Source: a virus. Taken from it: 64,000 bases of DNA. Within the stretch, counting starts at the first letter, position 1. Each line of letters begins with the position of its first letter. Shown here piece after piece: positions 44,437-53,481 of the stretch. A model generated the notes under the pieces. That model searched no databases and was not told the origin of the DNA. It saw nothing but the letters and a program-made list of their open reading frames with translations. Where the stretch lies: the IMG/VR virus record IMGVR_UViG_3300005731_000127, positions 1-64,000 of that record, one strand, 5' to 3'. Position numbers and translations under genes: made by a program.

Positions 44437-44464
44437 ATTATATGATGTTAATCCTGAATGTCAA
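44437..44464 (-). promoter_or_regulatory. sigma70-consensus promoter
   Basis: TTGACA-N16-TATAAT, about 10 nt upstream of the tRNA-Arg(UCU)-like gene. Confidence 0.8.
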
Positions 44465-44495
44465 CCACTTTTCCATAAATTTTATCTTCCGAGTT

Positions 44496-44702
44496 TTATT
44501 TTTTGGGGTACATCAATAACCCGCCGTATGGTCCACTATTACAAACTGGGCATTTGTTCCAAGAAAAACTTCCTCCTTCTCTTATGTCGTGTTGAATATC
44601 GTTCATTTCACTTTCAGTCCCTTCCACTATAGATTTACACGATCTACATTCACCTGTCCAAATTCTTTCTGAGGCGGTCTGTCCTCTTTTAATTATTTTC
44701 AT
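44496..44702 (-). CDS. small Zn-ribbon protein
   Basis: CRSC..CPVC. Confidence 0.6.
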   Translation of the reverse strand: MKIIKRGQTASERIWTGECRSCKSIVEGTESEMNDIQHDIREGGSFSWNKCPVCNSGPYGGLLMYPKK

Positions 44703-44730
44703 TTTGTTCCTTTGTAGTGAGCATATTAAG

Positions 44731-44813
44731 CGGCAGGGACAGGAATCGAACCTGCTACCCGTATTTCAGAGCGACGGTTTTCAAGACCGTTTGTCACCAT
44801 TGACCTCCCTGCC
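44731..44813 (-). tRNA. tRNA-Ser(UGA)
   Basis: ACGGT-CTTGAAA-ACCGT, long V arm, G73. Confidence 0.88.
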
Positions 44814-44823
44814 GAATTGTAAG

Positions 44824-44907
44824 CGGAAGTAGAGGAATTCGAATCCCCAAGACATTTCTGCCCTACTTAGTTAGCAACCAAGCTCCTCATCCAACCGGAT
44901 TACTTCC
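44824..44907 (-). tRNA. tRNA-Ser(GCU)
   Basis: CTTGG-TTGCTAA-CTAAG, long V arm. Confidence 0.88.
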
Positions 44908-44934
44908 GTGTGATCTTTTACGGGAATTATCCCG

Positions 44935-45411
44935 TTAATACAATTTAATCCTAGTGTTTCTAATTTGCTTTAGCAAGTATTTGAGTCCTATGTCTTTATT
45001 GTACCACCAAGTGACTTTAGTTCCAAGAATTTTACGCCATATATAACCATATTTGATAATTCCGTTAATCTCTACTGCGTAACGCGGATCACCAAAAAAT
45101 CTGCCCACTTCTACAAATTCACGAACAATAATGTCTTCAGTAGTAAAAGGGATTTTGTTTTCCTCAAAATACTCAGTTAAGTACCATTCGTTTAAGTATT
45201 TGTATTCTAGTATAATTGAACGCTTTGTAAAGTCTTTTTCACGACAATATTGTGTTTTCCTTTTGTTTTTCCAACAGTTATCATGATGGACAGCAGGAAA
45301 TTCCCAATAAATATCGGACATAAGATTTTTACCTCTTTTTGCCCTGTGCCAATTTTCTTGGTTAGCACGTAACTCTTGTGTTGTTTTTGGACTACGATAG
45401 TAGTGTTTCAT
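44935..45411 (-). CDS. hypothetical protein
   Basis: AGGAG SD; YRSPKTTQE. Confidence 0.6.
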   Translation of the reverse strand: MKHYYRSPKTTQELRANQENWHRAKRGKNLMSDIYWEFPAVHHDNCWKNKRKTQYCREKDFTKRSIILEYKYLNEWYLTEYFEENKIPFTTEDIIVREFVEVGRFFGDPRYAVEINGIIKYGYIWRKILGTKVTWWYNKDIGLKYLLKQIRNTRIKLY

Positions 45412-45498
45412 CTTTCTCTCCTAAGTTAAGTAATAAACTAGACTGGAGAGTCCTTGTAATAATTTTTCATAATATTTCCTGTATCGCACAAAGTGCGT

Positions 45499-45522
45499 AA
45501 AAAAAGGAGACCTAAAGTCTCC
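45499..45522 (-). terminator. intrinsic terminator
   Basis: GGAGAC-TTTAG-GTCTCC followed by T7. Confidence 0.75.
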
Positions 45523-45634
45523 CGATATGAACATATATACATACCGGGGTAGCTACCATCTTAACGGGCTATTAGTATAATCGGATTTTAGTGTTTGTTC
45601 AATCATTGTTTTGCTTTTCTTTTTAATTGTTTAG

Positions 45635-45705
45635 CGCCCCAATCAGGATTCGAACCTGAATAGCAACTTTTTCAGAGTTGTGACTTTCCTATCGTCCATT
45701 GAGGC
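45635..45705 (-). tRNA. tRNA-Phe(GAA)
   Basis: CAACT-CTGAAAA-AGTTG. Confidence 0.85.
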
Positions 45706-45707
45706 AG

Positions 45708-46080
45708 TCGCCAGATTGGGTAATAAGGTTCTGACAAACCCCATGACTACTTACGCAGCCAAACTAACATTTCTGTTTGCATTTACGTTTTGATACGTTT
45801 TTAGGTAGCCTCATATCATCTACCGCATGCAGTTATCACCTACGTGACCAGTCGATACCATTCGTTCCCGTATATGTACTGGCTTCTTTTTAACTTTTAT
45901 ACCTAGTACGAACCCTATTTGCACTTCTTTATGTGTTTTACAACAGGGGAAATGGAAACGGCGAGAATTGAACTCGCGTGTTGTATCATTTCAACAATAA
46001 CCTCTACATGCTTATCCTACTTCAAGCAGGAAAAGTCTGGTTATGTGTCCAGAGACGTGATTTCGTTACGCCCACTTAAT
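45708..46080 (-). ncRNA. ssrA: circularly permuted two-piece tmRNA
   Basis: 3' TLD (GCGAG-TTCAATT-CTCGC-CGTTTCCA, ending 45953) precedes 5' TLD GGGAACGAATGGTATCGAC (starting 45869); G3:U70; tag ANRNVSLAA* at 45751-45780; outer ends approximate. Confidence 0.88.
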
Positions 46081-46268
46081 CCTAAGACCCGTAGTCACGC
46101 TGTTGTTAGGCAACAGCACCTTTGATACCGGCACGCTGTTTCGCATTGATTTATACGGCAACAATCGCTTGTTGGACTTCCCGTAATCTCCACACCCTAT
46201 GCTTTATCCGTTTAACTTAAGCCATCACAGGCAGTCAACCTATTCTGGATGCTGTTAAACTTCAGTAT

Positions 46269-46493
46269 CTACTTTGCATAACGATTTGCATCAGCCATGC
46301 CATTGTCTATACGCCATTTATCAGTAATATAGTTAAATTTTCTGTCAGGATCATAACAAATTACTTGATTTTCGCTTATTTTATCACGATCTGGATGATT
46401 TTCAAGTTCTTCTTCTGAAATTATCATACTTTTGTGACTACCATAAGCTGAAGGCGTCGTAATTATTGTACCCGTTTGATTTTTTTTTGCCAT
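46269..46493 (-). CDS. hypothetical protein
   Basis: ORF in operon. Confidence 0.55.
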   Translation of the reverse strand: MAKKNQTGTIITTPSAYGSHKSMIISEEELENHPDRDKISENQVICYDPDRKFNYITDKWRIDNGMADANRYAK

Positions 46494-47491
46494 TATTTTA
46501 TTACCCTTTTTGAATATTTTGTTAAAACTTCTTCAGTTGTTGAATAATCTGCACTTCTCAAGAGCCTCTTTCCAGATTTAATTTCTTCATCAACTCTTCT
46601 TTTATAATTTTCGAATTGCTCCTCACCAGCAGAGGCGTATGTTATCGCTTCAAGTGTATTAGAGCTATCACTAAAATCATTTAACTGTATAAGAGGAGTT
46701 TTTGATATTTCGGACAGACTTTCCCAAAAATCATTTGCGGCTTTATAATATCCTTTTCTTAAACACTGAACGCCCATTACTGTGATATTCTTTGCAAGCA
46801 ATGACCGTAACTCTTTTTTCCAGTCAAGCTCTTTCTGGGATGATCGCTGATCATGTGGATTCGCGTCACCAATCATGATAAAGGTTCCTTCCCCTTTCCA
46901 ATTCATATACCCAACTTGATTAAGGACATACTCATAACACTCAGGTGTGTCACCACCATATGTTTCTGGCGTAGTTCGAACAAAAGTAGTAATCTCATCA
47001 ACATCCTTTGTAAAATTAAGAATATTAATACAGTCACGACCATCACAATAATCGCCATGAGCAACAATCCCGATTTCAAGATTCGGAATGTCCTTCATAT
47101 ACTGTTTCACTTGAGTTTGAATTCTTTTTCTAACGTCCTTAATACAACTATGCATTGAACCAGTAGTGTCAAAACTAAAAACAATTTGAGAAAGCTTAGC
47201 GGTCGAGCAGTCTTGCTTGGGAGCTTCAACCGGCTTATCTAGGAATTTAAGCTTTTGCCTTCCTTTGTAGACAGGATCAAAATAAACCTGAACCCATTTA
47301 CCATCTTGAACTTTCCATAATGTGCAGTCCGTATTAATCTTTCTATCGTTAAAACCGTCCCCAAAATATTCAGAATGAGCCTTAAGTCTTGCCGTAGCAC
47401 GACCTTGCGACTCATGAACAATAAAACTTGGGCTTGCTGCTGGAATGTAAGTCGCCCACTGACCATCTTGTAATTCGTTTGGATTAAACAT
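46493..47491 (-). CDS. vWA-domain protein
   Basis: FSFDTTGSM, HGDYCD, GGDTPECYE, IGDANPH. Confidence 0.88.
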   Translation of the reverse strand: MFNPNELQDGQWATYIPAASPSFIVHESQGRATARLKAHSEYFGDGFNDRKINTDCTLWKVQDGKWVQVYFDPVYKGRQKLKFLDKPVEAPKQDCSTAKLSQIVFSFDTTGSMHSCIKDVRKRIQTQVKQYMKDIPNLEIGIVAHGDYCDGRDCINILNFTKDVDEITTFVRTTPETYGGDTPECYEYVLNQVGYMNWKGEGTFIMIGDANPHDQRSSQKELDWKKELRSLLAKNITVMGVQCLRKGYYKAANDFWESLSEISKTPLIQLNDFSDSSNTLEAITYASAGEEQFENYKRRVDEEIKSGKRLLRSADYSTTEEVLTKYSKRVIK

Positions 47492-47501
47492 AATTTTTCC
47501 T

Positions 47502-47885
47502 TTATAATGTTTTGATTTGAACTTCTACTTCTGTTACTAGAATGTTTATGAAATTGTTTTTTGTGTCGTGAATGTAATAAGCGTGTAATGAGTCACTCTT
47601 TAAGATATGACCGGAAGCATCCAATATCCGGCGTTTAATCCTGCTAAAGTCTTTCGGGTCTCCCGCCTCTAAAGGGATAGGAAACATCGTATCTCCATTA
47701 TGATAGTAGGGTGACCCAGATTTAAACTCAAATTTATGCGTCGTTACTGTGATCCATCGTCGTCTTGACTTATTGTAGTATAATTCTTGGTCGGTGTCAA
47801 TATCTACTTTTTCTTTTATTTGTGTTTTTGCAAAAAGACCCGTTGGTGCTAGGAGGGATAGTGCTAGAAATAATCTTCTATTCAT
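47502..47885 (-). CDS. hypothetical protein with Tat-like signal
   Basis: MNRRLFLALSLLAPTGLFA. Confidence 0.6.
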   Translation of the reverse strand: MNRRLFLALSLLAPTGLFAKTQIKEKVDIDTDQELYYNKSRRRWITVTTHKFEFKSGSPYYHNGDTMFPIPLEAGDPKDFSRIKRRILDASGHILKSDSLHAYYIHDTKNNFINILVTEVEVQIKTL

Positions 47886-48083
47886 TTAAAACCCTTCATA
47901 ATCGGTTAAGTCTATTCCTTGTTTGGTTATACAGTCTTCAACTATAACAATCATACCAATGCTTGTAGGGGTAAAACTATATGTAAATCTCCCACCAATA
48001 GCCCCGGTATATTTATCCGGAATATTCTCTTTAATCCATTTATCTAATTTTTTCTGTTGATTGTCGTCTAGTTTAAAGTTCAT
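47886..48083 (-). CDS. hypothetical protein
   Basis: GAIGGRFTYSFTPTSIG motif typical of small phage proteins. Confidence 0.65.
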   Translation of the reverse strand: MNFKLDDNQQKKLDKWIKENIPDKYTGAIGGRFTYSFTPTSIGMIVIVEDCITKQGIDLTDYEGF

Positions 48084-48129
48084 GTTTTAATCTTTTCAAT
48101 TTGTGGCAAATCATTATTCCCAGTTTCAA

Positions 48130-48546
48130 TCATAATCTTCCCGCCAGTTCTTCAACAATTATTTTTTCTAGTTCTTCTTCTTTTATATCTATATCTATAA
48201 AATATTCTTTATGTCTTTTGTAATCATAAACCCTTATCACGTCTTCTCTTCTTGGACTTTGATCAAAATGTCTAGAGTCTGGTTTTACAAGAATTGTATC
48301 ATACATAAGTTTATACATCGATTCTTTTTTATAAGATAAATCGCAAATTAATTTACCATCATGTTTTGTAATTTCAAAATCTTTATCCTCACCAACAACA
48401 TTTTTTAATGTATCCATAAATCTTAAAAATATATTTTCTTTGTGTATTTTCTTTTGGTTTTCTATTTCTGCGATTTCTCTCAATCTCTTTTCTTCTTTTT
48501 CTTTTTCTGACTTTTTGAATTCTTTTGCTTTGTCTGTAAGACTCAT
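48130..48546 (-). CDS. hypothetical protein
   Basis: ORF. Confidence 0.55.
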   Translation of the reverse strand: MSLTDKAKEFKKSEKEKEEKRLREIAEIENQKKIHKENIFLRFMDTLKNVVGEDKDFEITKHDGKLICDLSYKKESMYKLMYDTILVKPDSRHFDQSPRREDVIRVYDYKRHKEYFIDIDIKEEELEKIIVEELAGRL

Positions 48547-49064
48547 TTTTTCTCCAAAGTTAAACCATGTGGCACACTTTTATTATTATACATAGACACA
48601 AACACAAATTTACCTTCACAAATCTTCTCTCGTTCACCTTTAGAGTTTTCTCGCTCGCCGGTGATCTGTATATCGATTCGTTTATTGCCGAGTTTAACTA
48701 CTTCAGCATTTAGAAAGATAATATCTCCAAGCATAGCACCGACGAAGAAAGTTACATCTGTTACGTTTACGGTAACGGCTGAGTTTGCCGTAAGAGAAAA
48801 TTTGTTAATAGTATTTTGATACATACGTTCAAATTCTACATCAGTTAAATTACTTTCAAGTTTTATTGCTTGTGTATATCCTTCTTCTTCTTTTGTGGGT
48901 TTATATTTTTGTGATACAGCATCATACAGCAATCTTCGACTACATTCCGCCGCACATCTATCCATCATCATTAAAGCATATCCACCGTGAAGCATTTTAC
49001 CTTCTTCGTAGAAGTTGCACATTTCTGGATAGACTGTAAATGAAGTTGAGTGTTTAAGATTCAT
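48543..49064 (-). CDS. hotdog-fold acyl-CoA thioesterase-like protein
   Basis: MLHGG..MMD..AA, AVTVNV..VTF..GD, GKFVFV. Confidence 0.8.
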   Translation of the reverse strand: MNLKHSTSFTVYPEMCNFYEEGKMLHGGYALMMMDRCAAECSRRLLYDAVSQKYKPTKEEEGYTQAIKLESNLTDVEFERMYQNTINKFSLTANSAVTVNVTDVTFFVGAMLGDIIFLNAEVVKLGNKRIDIQITGERENSKGEREKICEGKFVFVSMYNNKSVPHGLTLEKK

Positions 49065-49081
49065 AGCTCATCCTTCGCGTT

Positions 49082-49642
49082 TTAATGCCCATAGAAACTT
49101 TTCCATTCTGAATAATTTTTAAATTTAGAATAATATTTCTTACCATCTAGTAATAAACACCATTTACCCCAAGGAACGCATGAATTTTCAGTTGAGTAAG
49201 CACTAACCTGAAAAGTGTTACAATTTAATGAATTACCCAAGTATAATGTACCAAAGAAACATTGCAAGTTATTTTCGGAAAGAATTTTGAATCCATGTTC
49301 TAATATTTCTATAACTTCTTGTTTTGATTTTTCTTTACCTAAAATATGTGCTAGTCTGCCCGAATGTATAAAGTTATGACAATAATGACATAGTGGAACT
49401 ATAGATTTAACTTCACAGACTCCTGTTTGATAGTTAATATCGAAATTTTCATGCCCTTCTAGCCACTTATGCTTTTTAGCTTCTTCTTTTTTAATTCCAC
49501 AAGCGTAGCATGTATAATTAGTCTGTGCTTGAGCGGCAAATCTTTCTTTATCCCACCATTCTTTACCTAAAATAGTTCTAGGGTTTAGACCGTGTAGAGG
49601 TTTTGGTATATTAGGATGAGTTAATATTTGCGGATTCATCAT
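49082..49642 (-). CDS. HNH-like endonuclease
   Basis: CYACG..LEGHE..LCHYCHNFIH. Confidence 0.75.
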   Translation of the reverse strand: MMNPQILTHPNIPKPLHGLNPRTILGKEWWDKERFAAQAQTNYTCYACGIKKEEAKKHKWLEGHENFDINYQTGVCEVKSIVPLCHYCHNFIHSGRLAHILGKEKSKQEVIEILEHGFKILSENNLQCFFGTLYLGNSLNCNTFQVSAYSTENSCVPWGKWCLLLDGKKYYSKFKNYSEWKSFYGH

Positions 49643-49703
49643 ATGTTAATTCGATACCTAAAATCATTTTTTGTTTAACATTAATTCCCATTGTTTAATC
49701 CTT

Positions 49704-50078
49704 TCACGGAAGCTCTCGTTCCACTCTAACGCCGAAAACTGAAAAATATGAACCATAAGAAATATCTCCATAGTTATACGACGCATCACACTCTAAACGT
49801 ATTTCATATAGAGCTTGTTCATAATCAATAGGTGATAACGTAATGCTCTTAACTCCACTGCGGCTTAGATTATGGAAGAATTCTTTCGAATATTTATGTG
49901 GAGATGTTGATGGAAAATAGAGAGTTACCTTGTTCTTGTTTGTTGGATACTCCCATCGGTCTTTGATTTTCTTAATTTTTCCATCTGGCATTTTTCTTAG
50001 CACATGAGTTGCTCCATATACTTTTTTGTCTGCACCATCGTCCTCATGTTCTAATACTAATACTTTATATTCTTGCAT
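49704..50078 (-). CDS. hypothetical protein
   Basis: ORF. Confidence 0.5.
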   Translation of the reverse strand: MQEYKVLVLEHEDDGADKKVYGATHVLRKMPDGKIKKIKDRWEYPTNKNKVTLYFPSTSPHKYSKEFFHNLSRSGVKSITLSPIDYEQALYEIRLECDASYNYGDISYGSYFSVFGVRVERELP

Positions 50079-50425
50079 TATTTACCTTTCAAGTATTCGA
50101 CTATATCTCTCAAGTCTTTAATATTTTGTTCTTTTTGACCTATCTCAAATAATAAACTATCATGAATATGATTTAGGGTTTTTATACATTCTTCTTCTGA
50201 AAAATCGGACAGCTTTTTGTTTTTTGGATAGTAGGAATCGTCAGCACCTGCACTGTCTGTCCATGCATTACCAGCTAACTCCATTCCGAATAAATCTTGC
50301 GTGTTACCTAATAATGTAGCGAATTTAGACGTAAGGTTTTGTAAGTCACGAAGCGTATCTGGAGTATTTATTACCACACATCCGTCGTCTATTTTGTATT
50401 TATTGTTCCGTTTAGTTATCCACAT
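50078..50425 (-). CDS. hypothetical protein
   Basis: ORF; start moved to the ATG with GGAGG SD. Confidence 0.5.
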   Translation of the reverse strand: MWITKRNNKYKIDDGCVVINTPDTLRDLQNLTSKFATLLGNTQDLFGMELAGNAWTDSAGADDSYYPKNKKLSDFSEEECIKTLNHIHDSLLFEIGQKEQNIKDLRDIVEYLKGK

Positions 50426-50747
50426 TTTTAAAATATTCCTCCATCGACTTGTATGAACAACAATATATGTTGTAGTCACTAAATTCTACCGATACAGTAT
50501 ACTGATCTTGATCCACAACCACGTATCTATGACCTTTCTTGAAATTCATATCATTGTCAACAGATAGGTTCTTGATACAAATAACATCTCCAATGAGTCG
50601 TTTACCGCAATATGGACAGTATATAATATCTAATATAAGATTTTCAACATCTAAATCTAATTCTGCGGAACTTCTATCTTCTTCGTATGTTATTTTGCAG
50701 TTATTTACTGCTTTGCAGTTATGTTTCTTCATTTTTAGCTCGTTCAT
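50412..50747 (-). CDS. hypothetical protein
   Basis: YCPYCG. Confidence 0.5.
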   Translation of the reverse strand: MNELKMKKHNCKAVNNCKITYEEDRSSAELDLDVENLILDIIYCPYCGKRLIGDVICIKNLSVDNDMNFKKGHRYVVVDQDQYTVSVEFSDYNIYCCSYKSMEEYFKNVDN

Positions 50748-50976
50748 AAATTTCTTTCAATAGCTTTCTATGTTCTTCTGTAGAGCAAAATGGTAAAAGA
50801 TTATTATACCAAATGTCGGGCGATGAATAAAATTTACTCTGCTCTTCGTAATAATCACAGTCTTCGCATGGATAAGATTGTTTTTTAAGACCAAGCTCTA
50901 CCGGGCAATTATCATCACAATATTTGCAGCCATGATCTACACAACAATGTTCAGTATGAACGTCTTTATATTTCAT
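50719..50976 (-). CDS. Cys/His-rich hypothetical protein
   Basis: HTEHCCVDHGCKYCDDNCPV. Confidence 0.55.
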   Translation of the reverse strand: MKYKDVHTEHCCVDHGCKYCDDNCPVELGLKKQSYPCEDCDYYEEQSKFYSSPDIWYNNLLPFCSTEEHRKLLKEIYERAKNEET

Positions 50977-51134
50977 ATTTATTTATACGCCCTTCCCAAT
51001 AAACTTTACATGCTTCACATTTATGCGAGATCAATCCCGGCAAGCATTTGATTACACTACATTCTTTAACTTGCTTTGTATCTCTACATACAGGGCAGAG
51101 TGGCAAGTTCGAGCTAATTTTTAACCATTTATAT

Positions 51135-51353
51135 TCACTCATCTAATATCTCGAATTCACTATAACAGCAAACTTCTTGATCATCTCTTTCTGATCCAAT
51201 TGGAAAGTTTGCTTCGGCTGGTGGATGTTCGCATACTCTTATGCCTTGAAATAATCCAACTTGATCTCCATCGTCGGCAGTATAGTAATAATCGATCAAC
51301 TTAGCTTCCGTTCCTTCTTTAAACCATGTGTCTTTTTTTGCTATAAATTTCAT
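51135..51353 (-). CDS. hypothetical protein
   Basis: ORF. Confidence 0.55.
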   Translation of the reverse strand: MKFIAKKDTWFKEGTEAKLIDYYYTADDGDQVGLFQGIRVCEHPPAEANFPIGSERDDQEVCCYSEFEILDE

Positions 51354-51407
51354 TCACTGGTTCCAATTAAAGTAAAAATATCATCATCCGTTGGCACAGT
51401 ATACATT

Positions 51408-51674
51408 TTAACACCATTTATTCTTTCCTGTGCCATCGCACCATCCACACATAACGCTTGCATCTTTTGCTGCTAGACCGGATTCATATCCTGAGCCAAA
51501 CCCCCCATTGCCGTAGCAATGAAGACAGGACTGTTTCATATATCTTCTTATTGCCGCGATGCATATGTCTTCTGGATGAACACAGTCCCATGCTCCAAAA
51601 TGAGACTCGACATCTATACACACATCCATAACAAAGTCTCTATCAACTACTTGTTTTACAATATCATTACTCAT
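51408..51674 (-). CDS. hypothetical protein with CxxCxGxG motifs
   Basis: CLHCYGNG..CGWCDGTG. Confidence 0.55.
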   Translation of the reverse strand: MSNDIVKQVVDRDFVMDVCIDVESHFGAWDCVHPEDICIAAIRRYMKQSCLHCYGNGGFGSGYESGLAAKDASVMCGWCDGTGKNKWC

Positions 51675-51874
51675 TCTTTTATTAAATCCTCTGTAGATAG
51701 TAAACTATAAAAAAGAGAAGGAATATCCGGGTCTTGATCTTCTTCCTCAAGTACAAACTGAAATTTCAATCCTGCATCATATAACGCTTGGTTAACTGAA
51801 TTTAAAATATCTAATGCTTGATCTTCATAAGATACTTCTACTGTGTAGTCTACTCCGTATGATTTTTCACTCAT
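51671..51874 (-). CDS. hypothetical protein
   Basis: ORF. Confidence 0.5.
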   Translation of the reverse strand: MSEKSYGVDYTVEVSYEDQALDILNSVNQALYDAGLKFQFVLEEEDQDPDIPSLFYSLLSTEDLIKE

Positions 51875-52125
51875 ATTTTACCTGATATTGTTATCATTTT
51901 CTTGGGAACGTTAATTATTGTTTCAATCGATCCACCATCAAACACGCCTATCGTTGTGTTAAAAGTAATAATATCATAGTGATGCTTATACTCAACATAA
52001 TCATAAATAGGAAAATCAACATCAACTTTTGGAGCGATAATTCTTCTTTTGATAGAGCCACCGGTAAAATCAATTTCATTTAATTCGACTATAAAATGAC
52101 TCTCTACTTTAAATCTAGCTGTCAT
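51871..52125 (-). CDS. hypothetical protein
   Basis: ORF. Confidence 0.5.
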   Translation of the reverse strand: MTARFKVESHFIVELNEIDFTGGSIKRRIIAPKVDVDFPIYDYVEYKHHYDIITFNTTIGVFDGGSIETIINVPKKMITISGKI

Positions 52126-52337
52126 GCGTTATCCAATTGTTTTTGTAGTTTATCTATTGACTCTTTCAAAAATTGTGTACGACCATCTTTAGCTGACTGT
52201 AAAAGTTCTATCACTTTATCTACGTCTTCATAGGATATAGATATGGATTTATCACATGATATATCAGGATGATATTGATACTGCAAGTTAATCATGTCAG
52301 AATAGTAATTTATTTTCCAATTTTCTTCTTCATTCAT
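52122..52337 (-). CDS. hypothetical protein
   Basis: ORF. Confidence 0.5.
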   Translation of the reverse strand: MNEEENWKINYYSDMINLQYQYHPDISCDKSISISYEDVDKVIELLQSAKDGRTQFLKESIDKLQKQLDNA

Positions 52338-52339
52338 AC

Positions 52340-53002
52340 TTAAAAACCAAACGCTTCTAGAGTATATTTGAATGGGTTTCCTTCGATATTTTTAATTTCT
52401 TCGAGCATCATGTTGGCTATACCTTGAATCTCTAATTGAGCGGCATCATCCGACCTAAGATTATAAAAATTATGAAAACAACTCATATTCATCATTACAG
52501 ATAAAGTAATTTGGCTATTGAATGTTTTAAAGAATCTTGCTGACTCTTTTGCTCTCTTTCGTCCCAGTATTGGAGTTAAATCTTCTAGACATTTATGATA
52601 TAATTTATTACTATCTTGAGAAAACATATCTAGCTCTCTAGCCCAATAATCTAATTCTATATTACTTGGAGATATACTAGAATCCCAATCTTCCGGAAGC
52701 AAGTATTTATCTCCCTTTAACTCTTTATATCTGGCGCTCTCTCCATTGATATTTGCCAGCCTGTGTTTTAGTAAGTGAATATGACTAGCTTGGTCTACTG
52801 TGACATTGAACTCTACAATACCACGTTCAAATGGCGTTTTATGTGCTTTTCCTGTCCCGTTATTCCATAATTTATTGACGATTAAATCTTGGATTTGTTC
52901 GTCTGTCTTTTTCTCTACATCTATTTGCGTGGAGGTCCAAGCCGCTCTCGCTATAGCAATATCTCCACCATACCATCCTATTAATTCTGCTTTATTATTC
53001 AT
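52340..53002 (-). CDS. thyX: flavin-dependent thymidylate synthase
   Basis: ARAA, HKTPFE, KHR..INGESARY, ESARF, LRS..AQLEI. Confidence 0.9.
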   Translation of the reverse strand: MNNKAELIGWYGGDIAIARAAWTSTQIDVEKKTDEQIQDLIVNKLWNNGTGKAHKTPFERGIVEFNVTVDQASHIHLLKHRLANINGESARYKELKGDKYLLPEDWDSSISPSNIELDYWARELDMFSQDSNKLYHKCLEDLTPILGRKRAKESARFFKTFNSQITLSVMMNMSCFHNFYNLRSDDAAQLEIQGIANMMLEEIKNIEGNPFKYTLEAFGF

Positions 53003-53007
53003 TAATC

Positions 53008-53481
53008 CTAACCTATCTTATGCTCGTATATGTTTCCAATAACTTTGCAGTGATCTATAGTAAATCCGCGAATACCATAGTTCTTTCTCTCTGGATAATC
53101 TCCAATATTTGTTATAGTATTTTTACCATCCAGAGTTCTAGCAGCAAAACCATTAAAAGGGAATGAGTATTCGCCGCTCGTTCCACAGTCGCTTTCTCCA
53201 GCATGGTATATTACCTCTACGTCCTCATAGTAATCTTCAAGAGTCCAGTGTTTTCTTAAAATATCACCTTCATAGATTTCAACCCCGTTTTGATCTTTTA
53301 ATCCGGTATATTGCTGAATTATTTGTCGGTCGCTAGGATGAGGCTTTCCTAATAAGTAGAACGTAATACCCTCTATTCTTTTTTGTCTATTTATTTCCGT
53401 AGGGACGCAATAGCAAATTTCCTCATTTGATAAGAACTTTCTTACGTCCAAGGCCCAAATTCTAAATTTAATTTCTCTCAT
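53008..53481 (-). CDS. YopX-family protein
   Basis: REIKFRIW..QYTGLKDQNGVEIYEGDI..VIGNIYE. Confidence 0.9.
   Translation of the reverse strand: MREIKFRIWALDVRKFLSNEEICYCVPTEINRQKRIEGITFYLLGKPHPSDRQIIQQYTGLKDQNGVEIYEGDILRKHWTLEDYYEDVEVIYHAGESDCGTSGEYSFPFNGFAARTLDGKNTITNIGDYPERKNYGIRGFTIDHCKVIGNIYEHKIG

Noticed and set aside
45919-46125. Plus-strand 68-aa ORF
   Set aside because: Antisense to the tmRNA acceptor piece.
46140-46200. RNase P RNA suggested by GGGAAGTCC
   Set aside because: No matching 3' P4 strand (ACAGAA..CGGCTTA-like) found and the region is too short.
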